Assembly (NCBI GenBank): GCA_963708295.1
Contig: CAVPSJ010000004.1
Span: forward strand, 448,001-512,000
Direction of reading: 5' to 3'
DNA length: 64,000 bases
Origin: an uncultured delta proteobacterium
GTDB lineage: Bacteria > Desulfobacterota > BSN033 > UBA1163
Both the position numbers and the translations under genes were made by a program. The notes under the pieces are model-generated. The model was not told where the DNA came from. It did not search any database and saw nothing but the letters and a program-made list of their open reading frames with translations. Shown one piece after another: positions 49,080 to 58,181 of this stretch (position 1 is the stretch's first letter; the number at the start of each line of letters is the position of its first letter).

Positions 49080-50096
49080 GTGCCGATGACAGCCCAATCG
49101 CTGCCTCTGATTCAAAAAGCAGAGATCTTGAGAGATACCGTCTACTCGCCGACGGCTTTTGCCAACCTCCTTGGGATTTCGAAACATGAGCTCCTTGAGA
49201 AAGAGTCGGAAGGAATCCTCCCTGCTGCAAAGAGGAATTTGAATCGGGACCGCTACTATAAGCCGGAAGATGTCACCCGATATAGAAACGCCCTGGGGCT
49301 TGACTCTCCCATCAAGTCCATACGAAAGCAGCTCTTTCTCAACTTCAAGGGGGGAACAGGGAAGAGCACCATATCCGCCTCCTACGGTTTTCGCCTTGCC
49401 CAGATGGGAGTTCGAACACTGTTGATCGATTTGGATCCACAAGGCCACCTCACCCAATGCCTGGGCCTCAATAGTCAACAATTTTCAAAAACCCTGTTCA
49501 GTGCCTTGATCGAGAAGGAAGAGATTGAAAAAATTATCGTCAAAACAGACCTCCCCACATTGGATGTCATCCCCTCGAACCTCAACCTCTCACCCGTGGA
49601 ACTCTCGCTCTTCTCCATGAATTCGAGAGAGTTTCGATTGAGGAGGCTTATCTCTTCTCTGGAGAAGAACTACGAGCTGATTGTGATGGACGCCTCCCCC
49701 AGCATTGGACTCTTAAACCTGAATGCGATCCTTGCCTCGAATGATCTCATCATTCCCGTCCTAGCCGATTTCCTTTCCTATCACGGTCTCAAGATCCTTT
49801 TCGAGACCCTCTCCACGATCGAAGAGGACTTCTCTTTTGTCTTTGAGAATATTTTCATCTTCCTGAATCGTTACAATGAATCCCATCGAATCTGCAAACG
49901 TTCGAAGAAGGCCCTGGAAACCCACTATGAGCAGTATCTCCTCAACACGGTGATCCGGCAGGATACAAAGATTGCTGAGGCTACGAGTCAAGGGACCCCG
50001 ATTTTTCTTTTCGCTCAATCGTCAAAGGGGGCGGTGGATATCCAGAGCCTGATTGAGGAAATATTAGCTTTGAAAGGAGTAGATCATGTCGGATGA
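49080..50096 (+). CDS. pomZ: ParA/MinD-family ATPase with N-terminal MerR-like HTH, PomZ ortholog candidate
   Basis: Deviant Walker A KGGTGKST and DLDPQG. Segments RKQLFLNFKGGTGK, GLLNLNA, PVLADFLSYHGLKILFET, IRQDTK and SSKGAVDIQ match my recollection of M. xanthus PomZ/AgmE. Confidence 0.8.
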   Translation: MPMTAQSLPLIQKAEILRDTVYSPTAFANLLGISKHELLEKESEGILPAAKRNLNRDRYYKPEDVTRYRNALGLDSPIKSIRKQLFLNFKGGTGKSTISASYGFRLAQMGVRTLLIDLDPQGHLTQCLGLNSQQFSKTLFSALIEKEEIEKIIVKTDLPTLDVIPSNLNLSPVELSLFSMNSREFRLRRLISSLEKNYELIVMDASPSIGLLNLNAILASNDLIIPVLADFLSYHGLKILFETLSTIEEDFSFVFENIFIFLNRYNESHRICKRSKKALETHYEQYLLNTVIRQDTKIAEATSQGTPIFLFAQSSKGAVDIQSLIEEILALKGVDHVG

Positions 50097-50418
50097 ATTT
50101 ACCAACAACGTCGCACAAAAATTTCCCAACACGCTAAGTAAAGAGCCTATCGAAAGGCCATGGGATGTTTCGGAACCCAAGTCTATCTCCCCTCTGAGGA
50201 AGCCTATGGAAGAGTCCAAAAAGAATGATTTAGCAGAGCGCGTCGATATGCTCTATTCTGAGCTTCGTTCCTCGTTGACGGTTCGATCCGCCCTGGAATT
50301 CGACCTAAAGAAGGCCAACCGCATTCTGGAAGAAGTCAACCGGGTTAAAGCGGAAGTGGAAAAGGTCGTAGAAATGTTAAGGGTGATGGATGAATACATG
50401 AAAGAACGGATGAAGTAA
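50086..50418 (+). CDS. Short PomX-like coiled-coil protein
   Basis: N-terminal FTNNVAQKFP. The segment VDMLYSELRSSLTVRSALEFDL parallels IEDLHGQLLASAQTKKALEMDL of the next gene. RBS AAGGAG; overlaps the ATPase stop. Confidence 0.7.
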   Translation: MSDEFTNNVAQKFPNTLSKEPIERPWDVSEPKSISPLRKPMEESKKNDLAERVDMLYSELRSSLTVRSALEFDLKKANRILEEVNRVKAEVEKVVEMLRVMDEYMKERMK

Positions 50419-50492
50419 TCTCCTTCCCGATCTTTCTCAAGGGCTGAAAATGGAAAGAGGAGGAAGGGCCAAGCGGTTGAGGAGGAAAACGG

Positions 50493-51329
50493 ATGAAGCC
50501 AAGAATTCAGACGGCCACGGCGGATGGTTTCGAAACGAACGTCGCCCAAAAGATGCCGAAGATTAGAAAGCTGGAAGAACCCCATACCCTCATCCTGGAG
50601 CAGGACTTCCCGCGGCAGGAAAAAGAAGGCGATCAAACACCCATCGATGATCAAACGTTCTTCCCGGAAATGAGTCTTTCGGAAAAACAGGCAGAGAGAA
50701 AGGCGATTTTTGAGTCTTCTCAGAAAGGGATCGCATCGGAATCGAGTCTGGACGTCCTGAAATTGATCGAAGACCTTCACGGTCAACTTCTCGCATCGGC
50801 TCAGACCAAGAAGGCCCTGGAGATGGATCTGGCTTCCTACAAGAAGAGTATCCAACAATTAAGCCAGGACAATCAGGAATTGCGCCGCCAGTGGGAGGCC
50901 CTGAGCAAAGAAGATCAGAAACTCAAAGAAATCCAGTCCGAATCGATCTATCTCCAAGAAGAACACACGGATGCCTTAGAGAGAATCAAAGAGTTTCAGC
51001 AGGAAATGAGAGAGATGAAGAAAGCCTTGACCCGGGTCACCCAAGAAAGAGAGGAAGCCTTGGATCGAATTCGTGAACTGGAATCCCAGGTCGAGCAGAC
51101 TGAGGTCATGAAGATCAAGGGCAAACTAAAAGAGAGAGAGGCCTCCCTTTTCTCCGAGGAGAACCGGGAGCTTCAGTCCAAGCTGGAAGAGGCCATCGCT
51201 CGCAATACGGACCTGGAGAAGAAGTATGAAGCCTTGAAGAAGTCCTTTGGTGAAGTCAGAGAATCGCTGACCTTTTTGAGGGATTCCTGTAAGGCAAATT
51301 ATTACAACCTTTCCGAAAGCGCCGATTAA
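50493..51329 (+). CDS. pomX: PomX-like protein (N-terminal activator peptide, linker, long C-terminal coiled coil)
   Basis: FETNVAQKMPKIR versus recalled PomX N-peptide FEQNVSRAKPRLR; about 190-aa heptad-rich C-terminus; RBS GAGGAGG. Confidence 0.7.
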   Translation: MKPRIQTATADGFETNVAQKMPKIRKLEEPHTLILEQDFPRQEKEGDQTPIDDQTFFPEMSLSEKQAERKAIFESSQKGIASESSLDVLKLIEDLHGQLLASAQTKKALEMDLASYKKSIQQLSQDNQELRRQWEALSKEDQKLKEIQSESIYLQEEHTDALERIKEFQQEMREMKKALTRVTQEREEALDRIRELESQVEQTEVMKIKGKLKEREASLFSEENRELQSKLEEAIARNTDLEKKYEALKKSFGEVRESLTFLRDSCKANYYNLSESAD

Positions 51330-51341
51330 TCTCGAAAATCA

Positions 51342-51370
51342 TTGACACCCTCCTGTCGTTAGGTTATAAA
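51342..51370 (+). promoter_or_regulatory. Sigma70 promoter of the radical SAM gene
   Basis: TTGACA-N17-TATAAA. Confidence 0.6.
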
Positions 51371-51446
51371 TTACCCACATCCTCACCGCTTTATCCCCCT
51401 GTCGGTATCTCTTTCGCAGAAGGGATCATTTCATGGGAGAGCCTGT

Positions 51447-53135
51447 TTGAAAATTCGATTAATTGATCCGGCGTACCAACATCCTTATATTAGCCACTCA
51501 CAAAAGGTGATTAAGGACATCTGGTTTGCTCGCCTCACACTGACCGCGCTGGCTGCCCTCACCCCCTCCGAGATCGAAGTGAAGATCACCGATGAGAATG
51601 TGGACCCAATTGACTTTGAAGAGGATGTGGATCTCGTCGGCCTGACCGGAATGGTCATGCATGCTCCACGGGCCTATCAAATTGCGCAGAAGTTTCGTCA
51701 AAGGGGAATCCCGGTCGTCATGGGTGGGCCTCACGCCTCAAGCCTTCCCCTCGAAGCCAAGGCACATGTGGATGCGGTGGTGATCGGTGAGGCGGAGGAT
51801 GTCTGGAAAGGGTTAATTGAAGATTACAAGAAGGGATGCCTCAAACCCTTTTATCGGAACGATCACTTCTGCTCGATGAAAAGACTTCCCTTTCCGAGGC
51901 TTGATCTCCTTCGGAAAGATGCTTATATGACGGTCAACTGCGTCCAGACAACCCGCGGCTGCCCTCATCAATGCGATTTTTGTCATGTCACCCATTTCTT
52001 CGGAAAGACCTACCGATGTCGACCCGTGGAAGAGGTGATCGAGGAGGTGGAACGTTTAGACGGTGAGTTTGTTGTCTTCATCGACGACAATATCGCCGGG
52101 AACCGCCAATATGCGAGGGAACTCTTCACGCAATTAAAGCCCCTCAGGAAAAAATGGGCCAGCCAGGCCAGTATGACGCTGACCCGAGACCCCGAACTTC
52201 TGAAACTCGCTGCGGAGAGCGGATGCGTTTCTCTGTTCATGGGGGTAGAGTCTCTGTCTGAGGAAAACTTGAAGGAGGTGAATAAAACCTTTAATCGAGT
52301 TTCCCAATTTGACGAGGCCATGAAGGCCGTTCACGACCACGACATCATGATCCTGGCCGGGTTCATTTTTGGGCTGGATCATGATGATGAAGGGGTCTTC
52401 GAAAGAACGCTCCGGTTCTGTGAACGGAACCGAATTGAACTGCCCACTTTCTTCATTCTTACCCCCTTGCCCGGGACAGCCTTATTTCAAAGGATGGAGT
52501 CCGAGGGCAGGCTCCTGCACAAGGATTGGGGGCAATATAACGGAGCCACCGTCGTTTTCAAGCCCAGGTTGATGACCGAGGAAACACTCCAGCGCGGATT
52601 TAATTGGGCATGCAAGGAGGGCTATTCCTGGAACTCCATCTTTAAGAGGGTTTTCCACCCCCAACAACGATTCTTTACAAGGGTGGTTTCAAATATTGCC
52701 TATCGAAGTATCGCACGAAGAACACCGGAGGGTTATCTTCCAAGCCTTTCACGGATTTTGCAGAAGATGAACGATACTCTCCCTCTCGAGAATACCCGGG
52801 ATTTGATTCAACAAGTCGGCGAGAAGATTACAGAGAAGAAACTTCTGATTGGTCAGAAAGCAGCCGATACGCTGAGACTCTATTCTATTTATAACGAGCG
52901 GCTTAAGACGCTTTTCGTCAGACTGGAAGGGTCCATGGATCGGGAAGCGGCGAAGGAACTGGTGAAAAGGCTCAAAGGGGTATTAAACGTGAAGATCCAA
53001 AAAGTCATCCTTGACTTTAAGGATGTGGGAGCATTTTCCTCGGAGGCAATTGCCCTGCTTTCCAGAAAGGGCCTTCTTCAAACAGAAGAAGGGAAACTTT
53101 GGATCGCTGTGAATCTACCGGGTATCCGTGATTAA
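51447..53135 (+). CDS. B12-binding-domain radical SAM protein with C-terminal STAS-like domain
   Basis: VVMGGPHAS, VIGEAE, TTRGCPHQCDFC (CxxxCxxC), FIDDNI, GVES, FIFGLDHD, TPLPGT. Tail VRLEGSMD...VILDFKDVGAFSSEAI. Confidence 0.9.
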   Translation: MKIRLIDPAYQHPYISHSQKVIKDIWFARLTLTALAALTPSEIEVKITDENVDPIDFEEDVDLVGLTGMVMHAPRAYQIAQKFRQRGIPVVMGGPHASSLPLEAKAHVDAVVIGEAEDVWKGLIEDYKKGCLKPFYRNDHFCSMKRLPFPRLDLLRKDAYMTVNCVQTTRGCPHQCDFCHVTHFFGKTYRCRPVEEVIEEVERLDGEFVVFIDDNIAGNRQYARELFTQLKPLRKKWASQASMTLTRDPELLKLAAESGCVSLFMGVESLSEENLKEVNKTFNRVSQFDEAMKAVHDHDIMILAGFIFGLDHDDEGVFERTLRFCERNRIELPTFFILTPLPGTALFQRMESEGRLLHKDWGQYNGATVVFKPRLMTEETLQRGFNWACKEGYSWNSIFKRVFHPQQRFFTRVVSNIAYRSIARRTPEGYLPSLSRILQKMNDTLPLENTRDLIQQVGEKITEKKLLIGQKAADTLRLYSIYNERLKTLFVRLEGSMDREAAKELVKRLKGVLNVKIQKVILDFKDVGAFSSEAIALLSRKGLLQTEEGKLWIAVNLPGIRD

Positions 53136-53175
53136 TTTTCCTGCCTGCCTATGAGAGACGGAAAAAAAGGACTCT

Positions 53176-53367
53176 TTATCTGGAAAACCTGCGGGCCGCT
53201 CTCTGTCTTCTCCTCCTCGCCTCCTGCTGTTTTCTTTTCTTCTTGACGGAAGGCTTCTCATAGGATCTTCTTTTCTTCAATTCCTTTAAGATCCCATCCC
53301 TGGCGAGTTGGCGCTTTAACGTCTTGATCGCGTTTTCGATCTGATTGTCTTGAACTTTAACTTCCAA
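53176..53367 (-). CDS. rpsU: 30S ribosomal protein bS21
   Basis: IENAIKTLKR...GILKELKKRRSYEKPSVKKKRK..EARRR. Confidence 0.92.
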   Translation of the reverse strand: MEVKVQDNQIENAIKTLKRQLARDGILKELKKRRSYEKPSVKKKRKQQEARRRRQRAARRFSR

Positions 53368-53397
53368 CGACTTCTCCTTTACCTTCGGTAAATCGGG

Positions 53398-53691
53398 TTA
53401 CCTGTCCCTATCCCCTCTGCTTTTGAACTCGCCGCCCCTTTTTTTCTGAGGTCTGGCTTCACTGACGATCAGGGCTCGTTCCATAAAGGTCTTTCCATTG
53501 ATCAAAGAGATTGCTTTCTCCGCCTCCGCGCTGGAAGTCATTTCTACAAAACCAAACCCTCTTGATCTTCCCGAATATGAATCCGTAACGATTTTAACAG
53601 ACTGGACTCCTCCTGCTTCAGAAAAGAGTTTTTTTAGGTCTTCTTCTGAGGCTCCAAAAGCGAGGTTCCCTACGTAAAGCTTCAAATTCAT
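53398..53691 (-). CDS. RRM-domain RNA-binding protein
   Basis: RNP2 LYVGNL and RNP1 RGFGFVEM, VSEARP. Confidence 0.95.
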   Translation of the reverse strand: MNLKLYVGNLAFGASEEDLKKLFSEAGGVQSVKIVTDSYSGRSRGFGFVEMTSSAEAEKAISLINGKTFMERALIVSEARPQKKRGGEFKSRGDRDR

Positions 53692-53854
53692 CCTTTTTCT
53701 CCTTCATCCATTTATGCCCCCGGGACTTTCTAAAGAGATCGCCTGGAGGGCTCGCAAAAATCTTCGCAACGGCGATTATTTGTATTTATGGACTAAATTT
53801 TAGTATCTGTCAAGTTAAATTCTTGATGGGTAAAATTCTTGATAGGACTAAAGT

Positions 53855-53883
53855 TTGACATTTAATTTCAGTTCGTTTATATA
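53855..53883 (+). promoter_or_regulatory. Sigma70 promoter of nfnAB
   Basis: TTGACA-N17-TATATA. Confidence 0.6.
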
Positions 53884-53942
53884 TTTTTATCATACTTTTT
53901 ATCAGGGTTCGATGAAGAACTTATTAGAAGGGAGGTGCGGGT

Positions 53943-54776
53943 TTGCATAAGATAACGTATAAAAGAGAAATGGCTGAAAAAACAGTGTGCCATCTCAGGG
54001 TAGAGGCACCCCGAATCGCCCGGAAGGCAAAGCCGGGACAGTTTGTCGTTTTAAAGGCCAATGAGACCGGAGAGAGAATTCCCTTGACCATGGGAGGGAC
54101 AGATCCCGCTGCGGGGACGATCGACTTAATTTTTCAGGTTGTAGGAAAGTCCACGGCTCTCCTACGAACCTTGAAGGTAGGTGATTCCATTCAGGATATC
54201 ATCGGACCATTGGGAAAACCGACCCACATTGAAAAGATCGGAACCGTGATCTGTGTGGGGGGCGGAACAGGCGTGGCCGTGATGTATCCGATTACGAAGG
54301 GCTACAAAGAGGCAGGGAATCATGTGATCGCCATCGTCGGGGCCCGAACAAAGGATCTTCTGATCTTAGAGGATGAGATGAAGGCGGCCAGTCATGATCT
54401 GAGAGTGACGACGGATGACGGGACATACGGAGTTCACGGATTCGTCACAGATGTCCTCCGCAAGATTTTGGATGAGCAGAAAGACGTGAAATTGGTCGTT
54501 GGAATTGGCCCGGTACCGATGATGAAGTTTCTGTGCAAGTTGACAAAGGAATACGCGGTCAAGACCATGGTGAGTCTCAACCCCATCATGGTGGATGCAA
54601 CCGGAATGTGCGGGGCCTGCCGGGTCACGGTGGGAGGGAAGACGAAATTCTGTTGCGTCGATGGTCCGGAATTTGACGGCCATGAGGTCGACTACGATGA
54701 ATTGGTGAAACGACAAAGGGCCTATCTCACCGAGGAGAAGGCATCCATGGAACAGTTCAAGACGGTGGAAAGGTAA
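53943..54776 (+). CDS. nfnA: NADH-dependent reduced ferredoxin:NADP+ oxidoreductase subunit A (NfnA/SudB-like)
   Basis: KPGQFV, GERIPLT, GPLGKPT, VGGGTG, TDDGTYG, MVDATGMCGACRV, CVDGPEFDG. Confidence 0.9.
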   Translation: MHKITYKREMAEKTVCHLRVEAPRIARKAKPGQFVVLKANETGERIPLTMGGTDPAAGTIDLIFQVVGKSTALLRTLKVGDSIQDIIGPLGKPTHIEKIGTVICVGGGTGVAVMYPITKGYKEAGNHVIAIVGARTKDLLILEDEMKAASHDLRVTTDDGTYGVHGFVTDVLRKILDEQKDVKLVVGIGPVPMMKFLCKLTKEYAVKTMVSLNPIMVDATGMCGACRVTVGGKTKFCCVDGPEFDGHEVDYDELVKRQRAYLTEEKASMEQFKTVER

Positions 54777-54785
54777 GGGATTGAG

Positions 54786-56198
54786 ATGGCAGAAGAAAAG
54801 GAGAAAAAAGAGAAATTAAAGGTCTCGAGACAGAGGATGCCCGAGCAAGAGCCTAAAGTGAGGGCGAGGAATTTTGATGAGGTTCCTTTCGGATACACCC
54901 CCGACCTGGCCCAGCTGGAGGCGAGTCGCTGCCTTCAATGCAAGAAACCAAAATGCATTGAGGGATGCCCGGTGGAAGTCGAGATTCCGGCCTTTGTTAA
55001 ACTTATTTCGGAAGGTGATTTTGCCGGAGCAGCGCGGAAATTGAAGTTACGAAACAGCCTCCCCGCCGTTTGCGGACGCGTCTGCCCTCAAGAAGACCAG
55101 TGCGAAAAGGTTTGCATTGTCGGGAAAAAGGACCAACCCGTTGCGGTCGGTAGACTGGAACGATTTGCTGCCGATTGGGAGAGGACAAAAGGAGAAGTCA
55201 CCATTCCTGAAAAGGCTCCTCCAACGGGCAAGAAAGTGGCGGTCGTGGGATCAGGACCAGCGGGTTTGACCCTGGCGGGGGATCTCATTCTGAAAGGACA
55301 CGAGGTGACGATATTTGAAGCCCTCCATAAAACCGGGGGGGTTCTGATCTACGGTATTCCGGAATTTCGCCTTCCCAAGGCAATTGTTCAGGCGGAGGTC
55401 AATTACTTGGAGAAGTTGGGTGTCAAGGTAGAGTGTAACTGCGTCGTTGGAAGAATCGATACCGTTGATGAACTTCTTACGGAATACGATGCCGTATTCT
55501 TGGGTTTGGGAGCAGGCCTCCCCCAGTTTTTAAACATCCCCGGGGAGAACTTCTGCGGTATCTATTCAGCCAATGAATATCTCACCCGATCGAATTTGAT
55601 GAAGGCATACCTCTTTCCGAAATATGACACGCCGATTGCCCGGGGAAAGAATGTTGCAGTCTTCGGGGCGGGGAATGTGGCCATGGATTCGGCCCGGACA
55701 GCCCTCCGATTAGGAGCCAACACCGTCCAGATCGTCTACCGGCGGTCGAGGGATGAGATGCCGGCCCGTATTGAAGAGGTTCACCATGCCGAAGAAGAGG
55801 GTGTTCAATTCTATCTTCTAACGGCTCCGACAAAATTCTTAGGAGATGACAACGGCTGGGTCACGGGAGTCGAATGCCTCCGGATGGAATTGGGGGAGCC
55901 TGATGAGTCGGGAAGGCGCAGACCGGTTCCCATCCAGGGCTCAGAGTTTCGACTCGAATGCGATATGGCAGTGGTGGCCATTGGTGCAGGTCCCAATCCC
56001 CTTCTCCCTACGCAAACGCCGGGCTTGGAGCTTAATAAGCGAGGGTATATCGTTGCTGACCTTGAAACCGGGAAGACAACCAAACCGAGGGTCTGGGCAG
56101 GAGGAGATATCGTGACAGGTTCGGCGACGGTCATCCTGGCGATGGGAGCAGGAAGAAAAGCAGCCAATTCGATTCATGAGTATTTGACGGGCGCATAA
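54786..56198 (+). CDS. nfnB: NfnB/SudA (GltD-like homolog, often annotated gltA), electron-bifurcating transhydrogenase subunit
   Basis: RCLQCKKPKCIEGCPV, CGRVCPQEDQCE, GSGPAG, YGIPEFRLPK, GAGNVAMD, YRRS, AGGDIVTG. Paired with nfnA; no gltB nearby. Confidence 0.9.
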   Translation: MAEEKEKKEKLKVSRQRMPEQEPKVRARNFDEVPFGYTPDLAQLEASRCLQCKKPKCIEGCPVEVEIPAFVKLISEGDFAGAARKLKLRNSLPAVCGRVCPQEDQCEKVCIVGKKDQPVAVGRLERFAADWERTKGEVTIPEKAPPTGKKVAVVGSGPAGLTLAGDLILKGHEVTIFEALHKTGGVLIYGIPEFRLPKAIVQAEVNYLEKLGVKVECNCVVGRIDTVDELLTEYDAVFLGLGAGLPQFLNIPGENFCGIYSANEYLTRSNLMKAYLFPKYDTPIARGKNVAVFGAGNVAMDSARTALRLGANTVQIVYRRSRDEMPARIEEVHHAEEEGVQFYLLTAPTKFLGDDNGWVTGVECLRMELGEPDESGRRRPVPIQGSEFRLECDMAVVAIGAGPNPLLPTQTPGLELNKRGYIVADLETGKTTKPRVWAGGDIVTGSATVILAMGAGRKAANSIHEYLTGA

Positions 56199-56243
56199 TG
56201 GTCCCCTTCTCTCCTTTAACAAAGTGGAGAGAGATGAATAAAA

Positions 56244-56277
56244 CAGGGCAGGGCAAAACGGTCCTGCCCTTTTTTAT
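56244..56277 (+). terminator. Intrinsic terminator after nfnAB
   Basis: AGGGCAGGGC-AAAACG-GTCCTGCCCT followed by a T run. Confidence 0.75.
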
Positions 56278-56404
56278 TCCACCCATTCATGCAGACACCC
56301 TCCCTTTTTCCCCGGTAAGATGAGGGGAAAGAGGCGTTCTTAATGGAATCAAACCTCCGTCAGTAAATGATCTCCTGAAGAAGTAGGATATGTTTTGGGT
56401 TCCC

Positions 56405-56839
56405 ATGAAGATTTTAATAGACGCAGATGCTTGTCCCAGATCCGTTTTAGAGAGTTGCGTGAGACTTGGGCGAAAATACAATATCCCGGTCTGGACGGTG
56501 GCCAGCTTTAATCACAGGATAGAGTCGGATCACCTCATTGTGGTTGGAGATGGTTTTCAGGAAACGGATATCAAGATCGTAAATCTCACTGAAGCTGGGG
56601 ATGTCGTCGTAACGGGTGATTGGGGATTGGCAGCGATGGTGCTGGGAAAGGGAGCGAAATGTCTGAGTCCAATCGGCAGAGAGTTTCATCCAGAAAAGAT
56701 GGACTTCTTGTTGGAGGAACGTGACCTCAAGGCGAAATTTCGTCGAGGGGGCGGAAGAACGAAAGGCCCGAGAAAGAGGACATCGGAAGATGATCGCCGA
56801 TTCGAGATCTCTCTCGAAAAAGTTTTTTTGGAAAAGTGA
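56405..56839 (+). CDS. YaiI/YqxD (DUF188) family protein
   Basis: [33 protein letters not shown]...DDRRF. Confidence 0.9.
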   Translation: MKILIDADACPRSVLESCVRLGRKYNIPVWTVASFNHRIESDHLIVVGDGFQETDIKIVNLTEAGDVVVTGDWGLAAMVLGKGAKCLSPIGREFHPEKMDFLLEERDLKAKFRRGGGRTKGPRKRTSEDDRRFEISLEKVFLEK

Positions 56840-56914
56840 AGGGCTTGTTTTTTTTCCGAAAAAAGACAGGGAAGACGTATCGAAGGATCGGGAGTCAATC
56901 AATATTCAGGAGGA

Positions 56915-57901
56915 GTGACCGTGAATAAGCTGAATGTTTGTGTCATCGGTATGGGGGGTGTGGGAGGTTACTTCGGAGGGAAATTCGCTCATGCCTTTTC
57001 TCCAAATTCTGATTCTTCTGTCAACGTCTTTTTTGTGGCCCGAGGGAAACATCTCGCGGCGATCAGGGAGAATGGATTGATCGTTAAATCTCCTGAGTTC
57101 GGAACGATCACCTGCAAACCTACGCTGGCTACCGATAGAATAAGTGAGCTTCCTCAAATCGACCTTTTTTTGATCGCCGTCAAAGGATATGACCTGATGG
57201 GAGTTGCAACCTCTATAGAGGATCATATCAAGGAAAATACGATGATCTTGGCTCCCTTGAATGGTGCGGACATTCAGGAAAGACTTCGAATCAAAATCCA
57301 TACCGGAAGGATCTTTCCCTCGTGTGTCTATATCTCTTCCTATATCGAAGAGCCAGGGGTCGTCCTTACGGGAAAACCGGGGAAAATTATCTTTGGAAAA
57401 GACCCCGCGTCTCCCGATGAGAGTCCTCACGAGTTATTCGGGCTGTTTCGAAAAACTTCGATTGATTATGAGTGGAAAGAAGATGCAAACCCCCCGATTT
57501 GGGAGAAATATATCTTCATCGCCAGTTTCAGCCTGATCTCAGCATACTCCAATCGAGCGCTCGACGAAATTCTGCAGGAACCATCGCTTAAAAGAGAAGT
57601 GATCGGGATCATGAATGAAATTCACTCCATTGCTCTAAAGAAAAAGATTCAATTGCCTGATGGAATTGTAGATCTTTCTCTTAAGAAGGCAACCCTGTTT
57701 CCCCCAGGCACACAAACCTCCTTGCAGAGAGACATCTCACAGAAGAAGGGTAAGAGTGAATTGGAGCTTTTTGGCGGCACGATTCTCCATCTCGGAAAGA
57801 AATTGGGTATCCCCACTCCCACGACAAGAGAAATATGTCAAGAATTAGAAAGAATTGGGTCATCCCCTGCAACGCCCCCCTTTGTTCCTCACGAGACTTA
57901 G
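56915..57901 (+). CDS. panE: 2-dehydropantoate 2-reductase (ApbA/PanE family)
   Basis: IGMGGVGGYFG, ARGKH, VKGYD, LNG, WEKY, TSLQRD, SELE. Confidence 0.88.
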   Translation: MTVNKLNVCVIGMGGVGGYFGGKFAHAFSPNSDSSVNVFFVARGKHLAAIRENGLIVKSPEFGTITCKPTLATDRISELPQIDLFLIAVKGYDLMGVATSIEDHIKENTMILAPLNGADIQERLRIKIHTGRIFPSCVYISSYIEEPGVVLTGKPGKIIFGKDPASPDESPHELFGLFRKTSIDYEWKEDANPPIWEKYIFIASFSLISAYSNRALDEILQEPSLKREVIGIMNEIHSIALKKKIQLPDGIVDLSLKKATLFPPGTQTSLQRDISQKKGKSELELFGGTILHLGKKLGIPTPTTREICQELERIGSSPATPPFVPHET

Positions 57902-58036
57902 TCAAATAAAAAAACCCCCTGACATCGTACATCACGCGTTTTACCGACAAAAAAGGGCATATTCCAGCCCACCCATGCTTTCTGGTTTTTGAAAAACTAT
58001 TTGAAGTCCAATAGCTTGGCCCAGTTTTTCCGCTCT

Positions 58037-58052
58037 TGGCACCAAACTTGCT
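58037..58052 (+). promoter_or_regulatory. Sigma54 (-24/-12) promoter
   Basis: TGGCAC-CAAAC-TTGCT matches TGGCAC-N5-TTGCW, 130 nt upstream of the GGDEF/HD-GYP gene. Confidence 0.7.
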
Positions 58053-58181
58053 CAATAATATCAAACAAATGTACCCACTCCTAAGAGAATGAGGTCGTTG
58101 GTCCATTTGTTGTCGGTTGATTTTACTCGTCTGGCTCATGTGGGTTAAACTGCGCGAGCAACAGCTAGGGGTGCCACCACT

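Noticed and set aside
48094-50096. Plasmid/prophage partition cassette or toxin-antitoxin reading of RHH plus ParA
   Set aside because: There is no replicon, integrase, toxin or parB, the flanks are housekeeping genes, and the ATPase and partners match the Pom pattern better.
53860-53895. Rex operator upstream of nfnAB
   Set aside because: The region is AT-rich but has no convincing TTGTGAA-N4-TTCACAA-like palindrome.
54786-56198. Glutamate synthase small subunit
   Set aside because: No gltB is adjacent, and pairing with an NfnA-type gene indicates NfnAB.
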